From NCBI GenBank assembly GCA_943846675.1, contig OX044357.1:1991073-2055072 (forward strand): a DNA stretch of 64,000 nucleotides, in the 5' to 3' direction. Within the stretch, counting starts at the first letter, position 1. Each line of letters begins with the position of its first letter. The notes under the pieces are model-generated. The model was given only the letters and a program-made list of their open reading frames with translations. It ran no database searches and was not told the origin of the DNA. Shown here piece by piece: positions 1 through 9,950 of this stretch. The position numbers and the translations under genes are program-made. Source of the stretch: an uncultured Bacteroidia bacterium (GTDB lineage Bacteria > Bacteroidota > Bacteroidia > NS11-12g > UBA9320).

Positions 1-243
1 TTCATCCATCCACATGGAATGAATTGACACTTGTTTGTTAGGAGCAATATAGCTTCTAAAGATATCTTGATCACTCTGACCAGAATGGTAAGTTCCTGTA
101 GGAATATAAACCGTGCCATATGGCTGAGGATGGAACCAAGGTCGTCTACCTTGAACACCTGTCAACTCCCAATCTGTACTGTTCATACAGCTTGTTAGCC
201 CCATTACGATTAGCAAAAATGATATTTTAAAAATGTTCTTCAT
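1..243 (-). CDS. gldK: Gliding motility/T9SS lipoprotein GldK (PorK), 5' part; runs off the window
   Basis: Hand translation from ATG at 243: MKNIFKISFLLIVMGLTSC (lipobox) ...ELTGVQGRRPWFHPQPYGTVYIPTGTYHSGQSDQD...KQVSIHSMWMDE, matching the GldK N-terminus. Lies directly downstream of porP. Confidence 0.85.
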   Translation of the reverse strand, partial: MKNIFKISFLLIVMGLTSCMNSTDWELTGVQGRRPWFHPQPYGTVYIPTGTYHSGQSDQDIFRSYIAPNKQVSIHSMWMDE

Positions 244-374
244 ACCGTCGCTATTTTAACGAATCCACAATAATAATTTGATAATTTCAACAAAACAAGG
301 TTTTTGTTTTTGAAAATCAGGGTTATAACGCTGACACAAAGATGATTATTGTTTTAAAATCTTAGATTTTTTGA

Positions 375-1457
375 TTACAGCTCTCTCGCTGACTTTTTAT
401 AGGTTTTTGGAGCAGGATCACCTGGCTTAAATTGGAAGCAATAACTCGCATAAATTTCATGTGTTCCGTTTGAAACGGATTGAATTTTACTCGCTGTGAT
501 GTCATAGCTATATCCAAATTGCATTGGACCATTTACATAACCCAATAATAAGGTGATTGCATCAATTGTACCCCATTGTCTGTAACCTATTCCACCTCTA
601 TAGGTTTGATTATTCAAAATCGTAACGTTCAAATCAATTTGAGGTTTAGAATTGTACTTTACCAAAACAGCAGGTTCAAGTACGTTTGCTCCTGACCCTA
701 AAGGCACGTTAGCTCCAGTATGTACAAAAATGTGTTGATCAAGCTCATACAAGTTACCAGACGTCCCACTTGTAGACAAATCGTAGGTAGAGCCGTTTAA
801 GTGTGAGACAGATGCTCCAATATAGAAGTCTTCAATACTACTGCCCAATCTGTTTTGTTTATAAAAAACACCAAAGCCCAAGTCAAGCTTAGAATCACTG
901 ATGTTTCCACTTCCACCGCCAGCTGGTATTCTTGGATCTCCTGGATCTCTAGGTCTCCATTTAGGATCTATATAACCAAATTGTGTAAAACCGACTTCAA
1001 CACCAATAGATAACCTTGCAAAATTCCCTTGAATAGGTAAAAAGTAAGCGCCTTGTGCTTTAAAAGAGGTTGTCTTCATAAAACCAAGTTGATCATCAAA
1101 AATGGATACTCCAGCAGCGGCAATAGGCGTTTGACGATTCTTATTTCCCAAAATCTGACCACCCATATTGAAATTATATGTTTGTGGCGCAACGTTTTCA
1201 ATCAACTCCCCGCCTTCAAGAGGTTCACCCGTAGTACGATCAATCCAAGTTTGATCATCGTAGCCCAACCATTGCCTGTGCGCTACTGCATTTGCACAGA
1301 TATAATCGTTCTTTTCTCCAACAGTCGCTGGGTTGTATGCTTGCTTTACAAATTTAAAGTGTGAGTAGTATGGATCTTGCTGAGCCTGAGCAGAATAAGC
1401 TGCAAAAATGAGCGATCCACATATCAAGGTTTGGAGTAAAGTCTTACGCATATTCAT
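375..1457 (-). CDS. porP: PorP/SprF family T9SS membrane beta-barrel protein
   Basis: Signal peptide then QQDPYYSHF..YNPA, HRQW.G, and C-terminal GYSYDIT...GTHEI motifs; upstream of gldK. Start probably ATG 1457 or 1451. Confidence 0.88.
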   Translation of the reverse strand: MNMRKTLLQTLICGSLIFAAYSAQAQQDPYYSHFKFVKQAYNPATVGEKNDYICANAVAHRQWLGYDDQTWIDRTTGEPLEGGELIENVAPQTYNFNMGGQILGNKNRQTPIAAAGVSIFDDQLGFMKTTSFKAQGAYFLPIQGNFARLSIGVEVGFTQFGYIDPKWRPRDPGDPRIPAGGGSGNISDSKLDLGFGVFYKQNRLGSSIEDFYIGASVSHLNGSTYDLSTSGTSGNLYELDQHIFVHTGANVPLGSGANVLEPAVLVKYNSKPQIDLNVTILNNQTYRGGIGYRQWGTIDAITLLLGYVNGPMQFGYSYDITASKIQSVSNGTHEIYASYCFQFKPGDPAPKTYKKSAREL

Positions 1458-1558
1458 TCGGTATTGGCACAAATTAAAGTTAAAGTAACCTATAAATCAA
1501 CTCCTTGACGTTGTTAATTTTAAAAAGGTTGGGTACATATCCACAATTGGGGAAAATA

Positions 1559-1727
1559 TGAATGTTTGAAGGATTGAAGGATTGAAGGATTGAATGTCTG
1601 AATGTTTGAATGTCAGAATGCAATGAGTGAATGAGGAATGAGTGAATGACTGAAGCAAGGAATGTCTGAATGATTGAAGGATTGAAGGATTGAAGGCCTG
1701 AATGTCTGAATGCAATGAGTGAATGAG
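1559..1727. repeat. Degenerate 8-mer tandem array (TGAAGGAT/TGAATGTC/TGAATGAG)
   Basis: Directly visible, intergenic; same unit family recurs at 8692-9204. Confidence 0.9.
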
Positions 1728-1766
1728 CTATCAATTTTCAACTATCAATTCTCAGCTATCAATTCT
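1726..1766. repeat. 7-mer tandem array (TCAATT[C/T]/TCAACTA/TCAGCTA)
   Basis: gctatcaattttcaactatcaattctcagctatcaattct; related arrays at 9207-9269 and, inverted, at 35527-35566. Confidence 0.85.
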
Positions 1767-1794
1767 GTGGGTATAGATGCCCTAAAAGCAAACG

Positions 1795-4374
1795 CTAAAA
1801 TCTCCCGATTAGCTTTAGATTTAGCCTTCTCCCTGTTAGATAGTTGGGTACCCCGTACAAATTATTGTTTAAATCCTTTACCCAAAAATATGAGGCCACG
1901 TTGTTGACCTGTAGGATGTTAAAGACTTCAACACTCGCCCATAGGGATTGGAATGGTCCGCCTGTTTTTGATGCTCCGGTAAACTTGGCAATTTCCTTGC
2001 TAAAGCCAATATCTACACGTCGGTAGGCTGGTAAGTTATAGGTTTCGTTGTATCTGAACGGCCCATTGAAATAGTACGGCATCTTAGAACCAATCACGAG
2101 GTTCAGTTGCATTTTAAACGTTGTATCGGTTGGCAACTCATCTTGAAACAAGATTGAAAAATTGACCCGTTGATCGGTTGGTCTTTTTATAAAACCAGTT
2201 TCCTGACTCAAACCATTTTCATCCAGATAGCTAATATTTTCTTTCGTAGACAACAACGACAAATTAATCCATGACTCTAGTCCTGCAATAAACTCTCCAT
2301 TTACCCTTGTATCAAATCCCATGGCGTACCCCTCACTGGAGTTCACAGCGTCGTACCTTAGTTTCACATTGTTAATGGTATACGGCACAAGGTTTGTCAT
2401 ATGCTTATAATACACCTCATTAATCAACCTAAATGGTCTATTCCAAGCCGTGAACAATATGTCACTACCAATTACAAAATGGACAGATTCCTGAGCTTGA
2501 AGCTGCTTGTTCAACTGCCCTCTGCTATCCCTTAATTCTCGGTAAAACGGTGGTTGTCCGTAAGCACCAAAAGCAGCCGTAATAATCCAATCTTTTTTCT
2601 TAAGCGAATCGTATATCGATCTAGCACGGCGGTAATCTAACCCAACAGTGTCGATCAAAGACATTTCATAGAAACGTTGATTGATGTTAGACTTAAGTAC
2701 ATCATTGTGTTTTTTATTCGGTTCAATCGAGAATTGAAGCCTTGGTGATATTAGTGTTTGATTATTTAAACTCCAGTAATGCGAGCGCACCCCAATATTC
2801 AATCTTACATCACGTTTTTTATTCAAGAGAATATTGTCTTGAACGTAGCTTAACAATCTTCTGCTATTTAGCTGGTTGGTCGCGTTAATAAAGTCATCTA
2901 ACCGGATTTCGTTTTGAGGGTGTTGGTTTGCGTTCAATCTGTAACCAGAGGAATCATTATAATTCCACTCTCGCAAACCATCAATGATGGCCTCGGTTTG
3001 ATGCTTCACACCTACCTCAATTCTGTGTCTTCCTCTTTTAATGCGGGTTAACGCCTTTATGCTCGAAACATCGATGCTTAATTCATTGCGGGCATGATTG
3101 ATAAAATATCCAAACCCCAACACTGATTTCGCTTCAGCAAAATTGTCTGATCCAAGGTTGTTTTCCAGCTCCTCTAATCTATACGCGCCTTCAATAGTAA
3201 AATGTTCGCGCTCTGAACTATTATAATTGCTTGCGATTACTTTAAATAAGGTTGAGTCATTAACTTTATAATCAACTGTTGCGGCATTCAACCATGTTTG
3301 GTAGTCGATGCGTTCTGCGCCTCCAAACCCGACAAATAAACGAACTGCTTGCTGCACGGTACCAAAGTTTGTTTCTCGACTTTGGGGTTCGACTAGGTAT
3401 CTATTATTCGCATAAGTAGAATACCAGCTTAGCTTGAGTTTTGAGCTTGCCTTGTAAGTCATTAAGGTTTGAAAATCAACAAATTGCGGCCTGTAATCAC
3501 CAGACACATCCAAGGAACCTAAAATATATTGCAAGGTTCTGTACCGTGCACCAACGACATAGGTGAATCGATCTCTTTTCTTCCCGACGTCCAAACGATC
3601 TTGAACGTGAACACTGGCACCAAGCAAACTCATCTCTACACTACCAGAAAAACTCGTAGGCTTGTTGTATTCCACGTCTAAAACTGACGACAATTTATCT
3701 CCGTACTTTGCTGCGAATCCACCAGACGAAAAACTAACGTTGTTTGTCATGTACGGATTAATAAAGCTCAAACCTTCCTGTTGGCCGCTCCTTGCTAAAA
3801 AAGGTCGGTATACCTCAATATCATTTATATAGATAAGGTTCTCGTCGAAGTTTCCGCCTCTTACATTATACGATGTGCTCAGCTCGCTTCGTTTCCTAAC
3901 ACCAAGAAACACTTTAGCCAAACCATCTTCAATCTGCATTTGCGGGAATTGTACAAGATCCTTTGGTTGCACCTCAATGACGTCGATCTCGATGGAAGGT
4001 TTTGTTTTATCAGGAGGCGTTACATCGGTTGGATTTAGGATATAACTCGATAATTGGAAGTTTAATTCAATGACCGAATTCGGTTTTGGTTTATTAATTC
4101 TTTTACTAACCGATTTTGAAAAATATCTTACTTCAATTCTGTGATTTTCGTTAGACGCTAAGGCTACCGTATATCGGCCTTTTTTATCCGTTTTAACAAC
4201 GGGTAAACCATTTACATAAACCGGATAATCCCTTAAAAGGCTGTCTTCATAATCAGTTACTAGGCCAGTAACCGTTGCTACCTTGCTCTGCCCATAAACG
4301 TGCACGGCACTGCATAGGAAAATACAGCATAGCTGGATCAGGTAAATCGATATGCGGCTTGCGGTTTTAACCAA
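1795..4374 (-). CDS. TonB-dependent receptor-like outer-membrane protein with N-terminal carboxypeptidase-regulatory-like domain
   Basis: Signal peptide; plug motif YNVRGGNFDENLIYINDIEVYRPFL; SGGFAAKYGDKLSSVLD; C-terminal Phe. Confidence 0.85.
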   Translation of the reverse strand: MVKTASRISIYLIQLCCIFLCSAVHVYGQSKVATVTGLVTDYEDSLLRDYPVYVNGLPVVKTDKKGRYTVALASNENHRIEVRYFSKSVSKRINKPKPNSVIELNFQLSSYILNPTDVTPPDKTKPSIEIDVIEVQPKDLVQFPQMQIEDGLAKVFLGVRKRSELSTSYNVRGGNFDENLIYINDIEVYRPFLARSGQQEGLSFINPYMTNNVSFSSGGFAAKYGDKLSSVLDVEYNKPTSFSGSVEMSLLGASVHVQDRLDVGKKRDRFTYVVGARYRTLQYILGSLDVSGDYRPQFVDFQTLMTYKASSKLKLSWYSTYANNRYLVEPQSRETNFGTVQQAVRLFVGFGGAERIDYQTWLNAATVDYKVNDSTLFKVIASNYNSSEREHFTIEGAYRLEELENNLGSDNFAEAKSVLGFGYFINHARNELSIDVSSIKALTRIKRGRHRIEVGVKHQTEAIIDGLREWNYNDSSGYRLNANQHPQNEIRLDDFINATNQLNSRRLLSYVQDNILLNKKRDVRLNIGVRSHYWSLNNQTLISPRLQFSIEPNKKHNDVLKSNINQRFYEMSLIDTVGLDYRRARSIYDSLKKKDWIITAAFGAYGQPPFYRELRDSRGQLNKQLQAQESVHFVIGSDILFTAWNRPFRLINEVYYKHMTNLVPYTINNVKLRYDAVNSSEGYAMGFDTRVNGEFIAGLESWINLSLLSTKENISYLDENGLSQETGFIKRPTDQRVNFSILFQDELPTDTTFKMQLNLVIGSKMPYYFNGPFRYNETYNLPAYRRVDIGFSKEIAKFTGASKTGGPFQSLWASVEVFNILQVNNVASYFWVKDLNNNLYGVPNYLTGRRLNLKLIGRF

Positions 4375-5023
4375 CTGGAACTTTTAAGTCAGCAATTGTT
4401 TGTGTTGGATTGTTAGAGGAGAATACCGTACTACCAGCCACTAAAACATCTGCTCCTGCATTGACAAGCTTGCTGTAGTTATCAAGGTTAACGCCGCCAT
4501 CTATTTCTATGTGAAGTTCATGGTTAGCTGCCTTCTTTAACGCAACTAAATCCTGTACTTTTTTATAGGTATTTTCAATAAACTTTTGACCTCCAAATCC
4601 TGGATTTACGCTCATCACAGTAACCAAATCAATTTCCGAAATACAATCTTCCAGCAACGAAACAGGCGTATGTGGATTTAATGCAACTCCTGCTTTCATG
4701 CCAGCGTCTTTTATCGCCTGCAAGGTTCTATGCAAGTGTGGGCTAGCTTCATAATGTACAGTCAATATTGCAGCACCGACATCTCGGAATTGTGTAATGT
4801 ATTGCTCAGGTCTAACAATCATCAAGTGCACATCTAATGGTTTTTTAGCCACTTTGTTGAGTGCCTTAATTACCGGAAATCCGAATGAAATATTTGGAAC
4901 AAATACACCGTCCATAACATCTACGTGAAACCAATCTGCTTGGCTATTATTAATCATTTCAGCATCGCGTTCTAGATTGTTAAAATCTGCTGAAAGAACT
5001 GAAGGGGCAACTAAGTGGCTCAT
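4367..5023 (-). CDS. rpe: Ribulose-phosphate 3-epimerase
   Basis: APSVLSADF, HVDVMDGVFVPN, MSVNPGFGGQKF, EIDGGV motifs. Confidence 0.97.
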   Translation of the reverse strand: MSHLVAPSVLSADFNNLERDAEMINNSQADWFHVDVMDGVFVPNISFGFPVIKALNKVAKKPLDVHLMIVRPEQYITQFRDVGAAILTVHYEASPHLHRTLQAIKDAGMKAGVALNPHTPVSLLEDCISEIDLVTVMSVNPGFGGQKFIENTYKKVQDLVALKKAANHELHIEIDGGVNLDNYSKLVNAGADVLVAGSTVFSSNNPTQTIADLKVPVG

Positions 5024-5307
5024 TACTTTATTTTTATCTGATGTATTACTTGCTGTCCGATGTATTGATTTACCTTCTCAACGATTGTTTGTTCGTGATA
5101 GTATAAATCATTTTTAAGCGGAGCAGAAGATAGTTCTAGGTATAATGTTTTTTTATGAATTGAAAGTCGTGAAGTATTTTTTGCGATTGTCTTTCCCATT
5201 AAAACCTCCCACTCATTTCTTACGCGGGTTTCCACCAACTTATCAGAAAGATGGTAAGAGTCCATCATGCTGAATATTAGATCTTTAAGAGATTTTTCCT
5301 CGCTCAT
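5023..5307 (-). CDS. DUF721/DciA-like protein
   Basis: W..LMG..IA...L.....LYL..SSAPLK..L pattern; adjacent to recF as usual. Confidence 0.8.
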   Translation of the reverse strand: MSEEKSLKDLIFSMMDSYHLSDKLVETRVRNEWEVLMGKTIAKNTSRLSIHKKTLYLELSSAPLKNDLYYHEQTIVEKVNQYIGQQVIHQIKIK

Positions 5308-5321
5308 TCATTTCACCATTC

Positions 5322-6410
5322 TTATGGGCTTTCAATATTAAAGAATTTTTTTTCCGAAGCCACTGCTTTCAGTTTTGATTTCATTCTTTCTGCACTGGTA
5401 TCTGTAATAAATATTTGACCATACGCTGAACTAGATATTAAGTTCAATAATCGACTCGACCTGATGTCATCAATTTTTTCAAAAACGTCATCGAGTAGTA
5501 AAATAGGATCATAATTAATTTTCGACTTCATGTACGCATAGGCGGCTAATTTTAGCGCTATTGTTGCCGACTTAATTTGACCTTGTGATCCAAATTTTTT
5601 GACCGAAACATTGTTTAAAACCACAGTCAAATCGGACTTGTGAATTCCTGAGGTTGTGCGCTGAGCCATTAAGTCTTGATTCAAGCTCATTTTTAGACAC
5701 GTTTCTGCATCATACTCGTGTAAAGAAGAATCAAGACTGGCTGTTAATGTTTCTTCCTCCATCACCAAGGCATTATACACGTCAAACAATGGTTTTTGTA
5801 ACTCTTCGACAAATGCCTTTCTCGTTGCATATATAAAATTCATCAAGGGTATCAACTGCGCATCGATAGCTTCTAAAGTTAACATATCCCGATATTGATT
5901 GACGTAAAACTGTTTCAACAATTCGTTGCGACTATCAAGCAGCTTGTTATGTTTCAACAGGGCCACTAAAAACTCGTGATTGGTATAACCAATTGCTTTA
6001 TCTATATACTTTCTGCGTTCGTCACTATTGCCAGTTAACAAGGAGATGTCACCTGGAGTAATCATTACAGCTGGCAAGAATCCAACGTAATCTGCAAGTC
6101 GTTGAATTGAAGCACCATTTCTTTTTAAGCCTTTCTTGCCTGCTGGTTGTAAACCTATGCTCAAAGCTGTTTGAGAATCACCGGTGTTGAGCACACCTTC
6201 TATTAGTGAAAAACTTGTGTCAAACTGAATGCTGTTTAAGTCTGTTCTTGTAAAATATGATTTGCCATTACACAAGTAATGCAAGCCGTCTAAGACATTG
6301 GTTTTGCCAGCGCCATTCTTACCATGAAAACAATTGATTCCAGGGCAAAATTCAAAATCCGATTTCTCGTGATTTTTAAACTGTGTCAACCTTAATTTTT
6401 GGATGTACAT
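5322..6410 (-). CDS. recF: DNA replication/repair protein RecF
   Basis: GKNGAGKTN Walker A, GSQGQ signature, LLLDD Walker B; start taken as ATG 6410 (MYIQKLRL). Confidence 0.95.
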   Translation of the reverse strand: MYIQKLRLTQFKNHEKSDFEFCPGINCFHGKNGAGKTNVLDGLHYLCNGKSYFTRTDLNSIQFDTSFSLIEGVLNTGDSQTALSIGLQPAGKKGLKRNGASIQRLADYVGFLPAVMITPGDISLLTGNSDERRKYIDKAIGYTNHEFLVALLKHNKLLDSRNELLKQFYVNQYRDMLTLEAIDAQLIPLMNFIYATRKAFVEELQKPLFDVYNALVMEEETLTASLDSSLHEYDAETCLKMSLNQDLMAQRTTSGIHKSDLTVVLNNVSVKKFGSQGQIKSATIALKLAAYAYMKSKINYDPILLLDDVFEKIDDIRSSRLLNLISSSAYGQIFITDTSAERMKSKLKAVASEKKFFNIESP

Positions 6411-6426
6411 TGTTATGCGGAAATCG

Positions 6427-6434
6427 TATTTTTG
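6427..6434 (+). promoter_or_regulatory. Bacteroidota -7 promoter box for pdhA
   Basis: TATTTTTG matches TAnnTTTG, ~50 nt upstream of the ATG. Confidence 0.6.
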
Positions 6435-6482
6435 CAGCCGGAAAAAATGCCTTAACAAGTATTTTACTTCCTATCATCTATT

Positions 6483-7475
6483 ATGGCAAAAGTAAAATTT
6501 ACAAAAGAGATTTATACCAAATGGTTTAAGCAAATGATGCTTATTCGTCGTTTTGAAGAAAAATCAGCACAACTTTACGGTCAACAAAAGATTCGCGGGT
6601 TTTGTCACTTATACATCGGGCAAGAGGCTGTTATTGCAGGTTGCATGACGGCATTAGAAGAGAATGATAAGCTTATCACAGCGTACCGTGATCATGGTCA
6701 TGCATTGGCTGCAGGTATACCTGCTAACGAGGTAATGGCTGAGCTATACGGTAAAGTAACGGGTTGTACGAAAGGAAAAGGTGGAAGTATGCACATGTTT
6801 AGCAAAGAACATAACTTCTTTGGTGGTCATGGCATTGTTGGAGGTCAAATTCCACTTGGTGCTGGCATTGCGCTGGCAGATCAATATAACGGCACAAAAG
6901 ACGTTACTGTATGCTTTATGGGCGACGGTGCTGTAAGACAAGGTGCCTTGCACGAAGCTTTTAACATGGCCATGTTATGGAAGTTACCTGTCATTTTTGT
7001 TGTAGAAAACAACGAATATGCGATGGGAACTTCAGTAGAACGAACAACCAACGTCTTGGACATTCACAAAATTGGATTGGCTTACGACATGCCTAACTAC
7101 CAAATTGATGGTATGAAGTGTGAAGACGTACATGAAGCCATTGCAGATGCAGCTAAACGAGCCCGTAAAGGCGATGGGCCAACCTTCTTAGAGATTAAAA
7201 CGTATCGATACCGAGGTCACTCTATGTCTGACCCAGCGAAGTATAGAACGAAAGAAGAGGTTCAGAAATACAAGGCAATTGACCCAATTGAGGTAGTTGG
7301 TAAAACCATGATATCAAAAAAATGGGCTACTCAAGCTGACCTAGACAAAATGGAAGATGCGATAAACATAGAGGTTAACGAAAGCGTAGAATTCGCTGAG
7401 GCTTCTCCATATCCAGATGCGAGTGAATTGTATACAGATGTGTATGAAGAAGACTACCCATTTATTGTAGAATAA
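6483..7475 (+). CDS. pdhA: Pyruvate dehydrogenase E1 alpha subunit
   Basis: IRGFCHLYIGQEA, GKGGSMH, GDGA..QG TPP motif, YRYRGHSMSDP. Confidence 0.97.
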   Translation: MAKVKFTKEIYTKWFKQMMLIRRFEEKSAQLYGQQKIRGFCHLYIGQEAVIAGCMTALEENDKLITAYRDHGHALAAGIPANEVMAELYGKVTGCTKGKGGSMHMFSKEHNFFGGHGIVGGQIPLGAGIALADQYNGTKDVTVCFMGDGAVRQGALHEAFNMAMLWKLPVIFVVENNEYAMGTSVERTTNVLDIHKIGLAYDMPNYQIDGMKCEDVHEAIADAAKRARKGDGPTFLEIKTYRYRGHSMSDPAKYRTKEEVQKYKAIDPIEVVGKTMISKKWATQADLDKMEDAINIEVNESVEFAEASPYPDASELYTDVYEEDYPFIVE

Positions 7476-7528
7476 CTGTTGAATAAAAACCATTTATAAC
7501 CCCTATAATTGCAGAAATTTTTAAAGCG

Positions 7529-8209
7529 ATGAGTAACGAGGAAAACAATACCGAAGAAGTTGTTGAAAGTAAACCATTTTCGGTACTAGGATATATCGAA
7601 GACAATTCGAAAAACTTAATGTACGCAGGTATTGCGTTATTGGTTGTTGCAGCAGGATTTTGGTATTACACATCTGTGTACACACCAAAAAGAAATGCGG
7701 CGGCAAATGATGAGTTATTTAGAGCAGAAAAGTTCTTCGAAAAAGACTCACTAGACATGGCGTTGAATGGAGACGGTGGTGAAGTATTAGGCTTGCAAGA
7801 TGTTGCTGAAGAATTTGGCAATACACCGGCAGGGGAACGCGCGGCATATCTTGCTGCAAGTGCTTTGTTAAACAAAGGTTCTTACGACGAAGCATTAGAA
7901 TACCTACAACAAGTTTCTTTTGATGACGAAATGGTTGCACCATTGGCGGTTTGTCTTGAAGGAGATTGCCACGTTCAAATGGACAATTTTGAAGATGGTG
8001 TTTCTAAATATTTAAAAGCAGCTAATTTAAGAGACAACACATTCACCACTCCATATGCATTAATGAAGGCTGCAAAAGTTCAAATGCATATCGAAGACTG
8101 GGATGGGGCATTAGAATCGCTTCAACGTGTAAAGAAAGATTATAAGCAGACACAATACGGCATTAACATAGTCAAAGAGATTGCACGTGTTGAAGCTGCT
8201 ATAAAATAA
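7529..8209 (+). CDS. Membrane-anchored TPR protein (YfgM-like)
   Basis: Single TM helix then TPR-like helices; typical position before ribH. Confidence 0.75.
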   Translation: MSNEENNTEEVVESKPFSVLGYIEDNSKNLMYAGIALLVVAAGFWYYTSVYTPKRNAAANDELFRAEKFFEKDSLDMALNGDGGEVLGLQDVAEEFGNTPAGERAAYLAASALLNKGSYDEALEYLQQVSFDDEMVAPLAVCLEGDCHVQMDNFEDGVSKYLKAANLRDNTFTTPYALMKAAKVQMHIEDWDGALESLQRVKKDYKQTQYGINIVKEIARVEAAIK

Positions 8210-8214
8210 AACGC

Positions 8215-8697
8215 ATGTCTTCTAAAGACAAAAACTTATCTGAATTTTCAGGCAAAATTCCTATACTACCGAACGCAAAGATTGGTATTGTCGTTTCTGA
8301 GTGGAACGAAGCCGTAACAGGTTCCTTATTATCTGGAGCGCTTAAAGTACTTGCAGAAGCTGGAATACCTGATTCACACATACGAACTGTAAACGTTCCT
8401 GGTAGTTTTGAGTTGATTTTAGGAAGTCAGAAACTTGCTCAAATTGAGGACATAGACGCGGTTATATCAATTGGCTGTGTCATTCAAGGTGAAACAAGAC
8501 ATTTCGATTTCATTTGCCAAGCCGTGGCTACGGGTATAAGTGATGTTAATTTGAAGTTTGACAAACCCGTAATCTTTGGGGTTTTAACCACAGACAATCA
8601 ACAACAAGCTTTAGATCGTGCAGGTGGAAAGCACGGCAACAAAGGTGAAGAAGCTGCGTATACGGCTGTAAGAATGATTGAAGATCTGAAAGATTGA
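8215..8697 (+). CDS. ribH: 6,7-dimethyl-8-ribityllumazine synthase
   Basis: IVVSEWN, VPGSFEL, GCVIQGETRHFD, GNKGEEAA. Confidence 0.97.
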   Translation: MSSKDKNLSEFSGKIPILPNAKIGIVVSEWNEAVTGSLLSGALKVLAEAGIPDSHIRTVNVPGSFELILGSQKLAQIEDIDAVISIGCVIQGETRHFDFICQAVATGISDVNLKFDKPVIFGVLTTDNQQQALDRAGGKHGNKGEEAAYTAVRMIEDLKD

Positions 8698-9204
8698 AGG
8701 ATTGATGGACTGAAGGATTGAATGTCTGAAGGATTGAATGTCTGAAGGACTGAAGGATTGAAGGGGTCAATATCAACGGCAGTATATCTAGTCCTGAGTC
8801 TTCCGTCTTTAGTCTTTAGTCTATATTCTTGACAAAAACCAATTCCTAGAGGCTAGTTCCTTACTCGTACTATTAGAAGGATTGAATGAGTGAAGGATTG
8901 AAGGATTGAAGGATTGAATGAGTCAAGGATTGAATGTCTGAAGGTCTGAATGTCTGAATGACTTAAGGATTGAAGGGGTCAATATCAACGGCAGTATATC
9001 TAGTCCTGAGTCTTCCGTCTTTAGTCTTTAGTCTATATTCTTGACAAAAACCAATTCCTATAGGCTAGTTCCTTACTCGTACTATTAGAAGGATTGAATG
9101 AGTGAAGGATTGAAGGATTGAAGGATTGAATGAGTCAAGGATTGAATGTCTGAAGGTCTGAATGTCTGAATGACTTAAGGATTGAATGAGTGAATGAGTG
9201 AATG
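8692..9204. repeat. 8-mer tandem array containing a 212-bp tandem duplication (8753-8964 and 8965-9176, plus 10 nt)
   Basis: GGGGTCAATATCAACGG starts at 8763 and 8975. The copies differ at one position I could find (G8849 vs T9061). Confidence 0.92.
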
Positions 9205-9206
9205 TT

Positions 9207-9269
9207 CATTTTCAACTTTCAATTTTCAACTCTCAATTATCAACTCTCAATTATCAGCTCTCAGCTCTC
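9207..9269. repeat. 7-mer tandem array (TCAATTA/TCAACTC)
   Basis: cattttcaactttcaattttcaactctcaattatcaactctcaattatcagctctcagctctc, just downstream of the deoxynucleoside kinase stop. Confidence 0.88.
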
Positions 9270-9284
9270 CCGCTTCTTGTAAAT

Positions 9285-9899
9285 TTAAAACAGCCCGTGA
9301 ACCTCAGCATCGATCTTGCTGATAATTTTACCTAGGTCTTCCTGACTTGTTTCAAACTCTAAATCATCTACGTCGATGATTAGCAATTTTCCGTCTGTGT
9401 AGGTAGATATCCATGCCTCATACCGCTCATTTAAACGTTTAAGGTAGTCGAGTCGGATAGAATCTTCATATTCTCTTCCTCTTTTTTGGATTCGATTCAC
9501 CAACGCTGAAATGCTGGCTCGTAGATAAATCATTAAGTCTGGTGGTTCAAGCATCGACTTAATACTTGAGAATAAAGCTTGATAGGTATCAAAATCACGT
9601 GTACTCATCAAACCCATTGCATGAAGGTTGGGTGCAAAAATGTATGCGTCTTCATAAATTGTTCGGTCTTGGATAACCGTTTCTCCGCGTGAACGGATAT
9701 TTTGTACACCGTTGAATCTAGTATTTAGAAAAAATACCTGAAGATTAAATGACCAACGTTGCATATCTTCATAAAAGTCAGAGATATACGGATTGTTATC
9801 TAACGATTCAAAATGTGGTTCCCAGTTGTAATGTTTGGCAAGTAAATTTGTTAACGTTGACTTTCCTGCTCCGATGTTTCCGGCTATTGCAATGTGCAT
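9285..9899 (-). CDS. Deoxynucleoside kinase
   Basis: GNIGAGKST P-loop, QDRTIYED, RIQKRGR lid. Confidence 0.92.
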   Translation of the reverse strand: MHIAIAGNIGAGKSTLTNLLAKHYNWEPHFESLDNNPYISDFYEDMQRWSFNLQVFFLNTRFNGVQNIRSRGETVIQDRTIYEDAYIFAPNLHAMGLMSTRDFDTYQALFSSIKSMLEPPDLMIYLRASISALVNRIQKRGREYEDSIRLDYLKRLNERYEAWISTYTDGKLLIIDVDDLEFETSQEDLGKIISKIDAEVHGLF

Positions 9900-9950
9900 C
9901 TTCCTTCTCTGTTGACTTTAATGTGACTTTATTACTCCGTTCAAATCTAT

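Noticed and set aside
1480-1734. ORFs 1480-1734 and 1497-1715 (also 8546-8776) with SFNPSIL repeats
   Set aside because: They are translations of the 8-mer DNA array in stop-poor frames, open in several frames, with no coding evidence.
8692-9269. Possible CRISPR array
   Set aside because: No constant 25-45-bp repeat with unique spacers and no cas genes; it is microsatellite plus a duplication.
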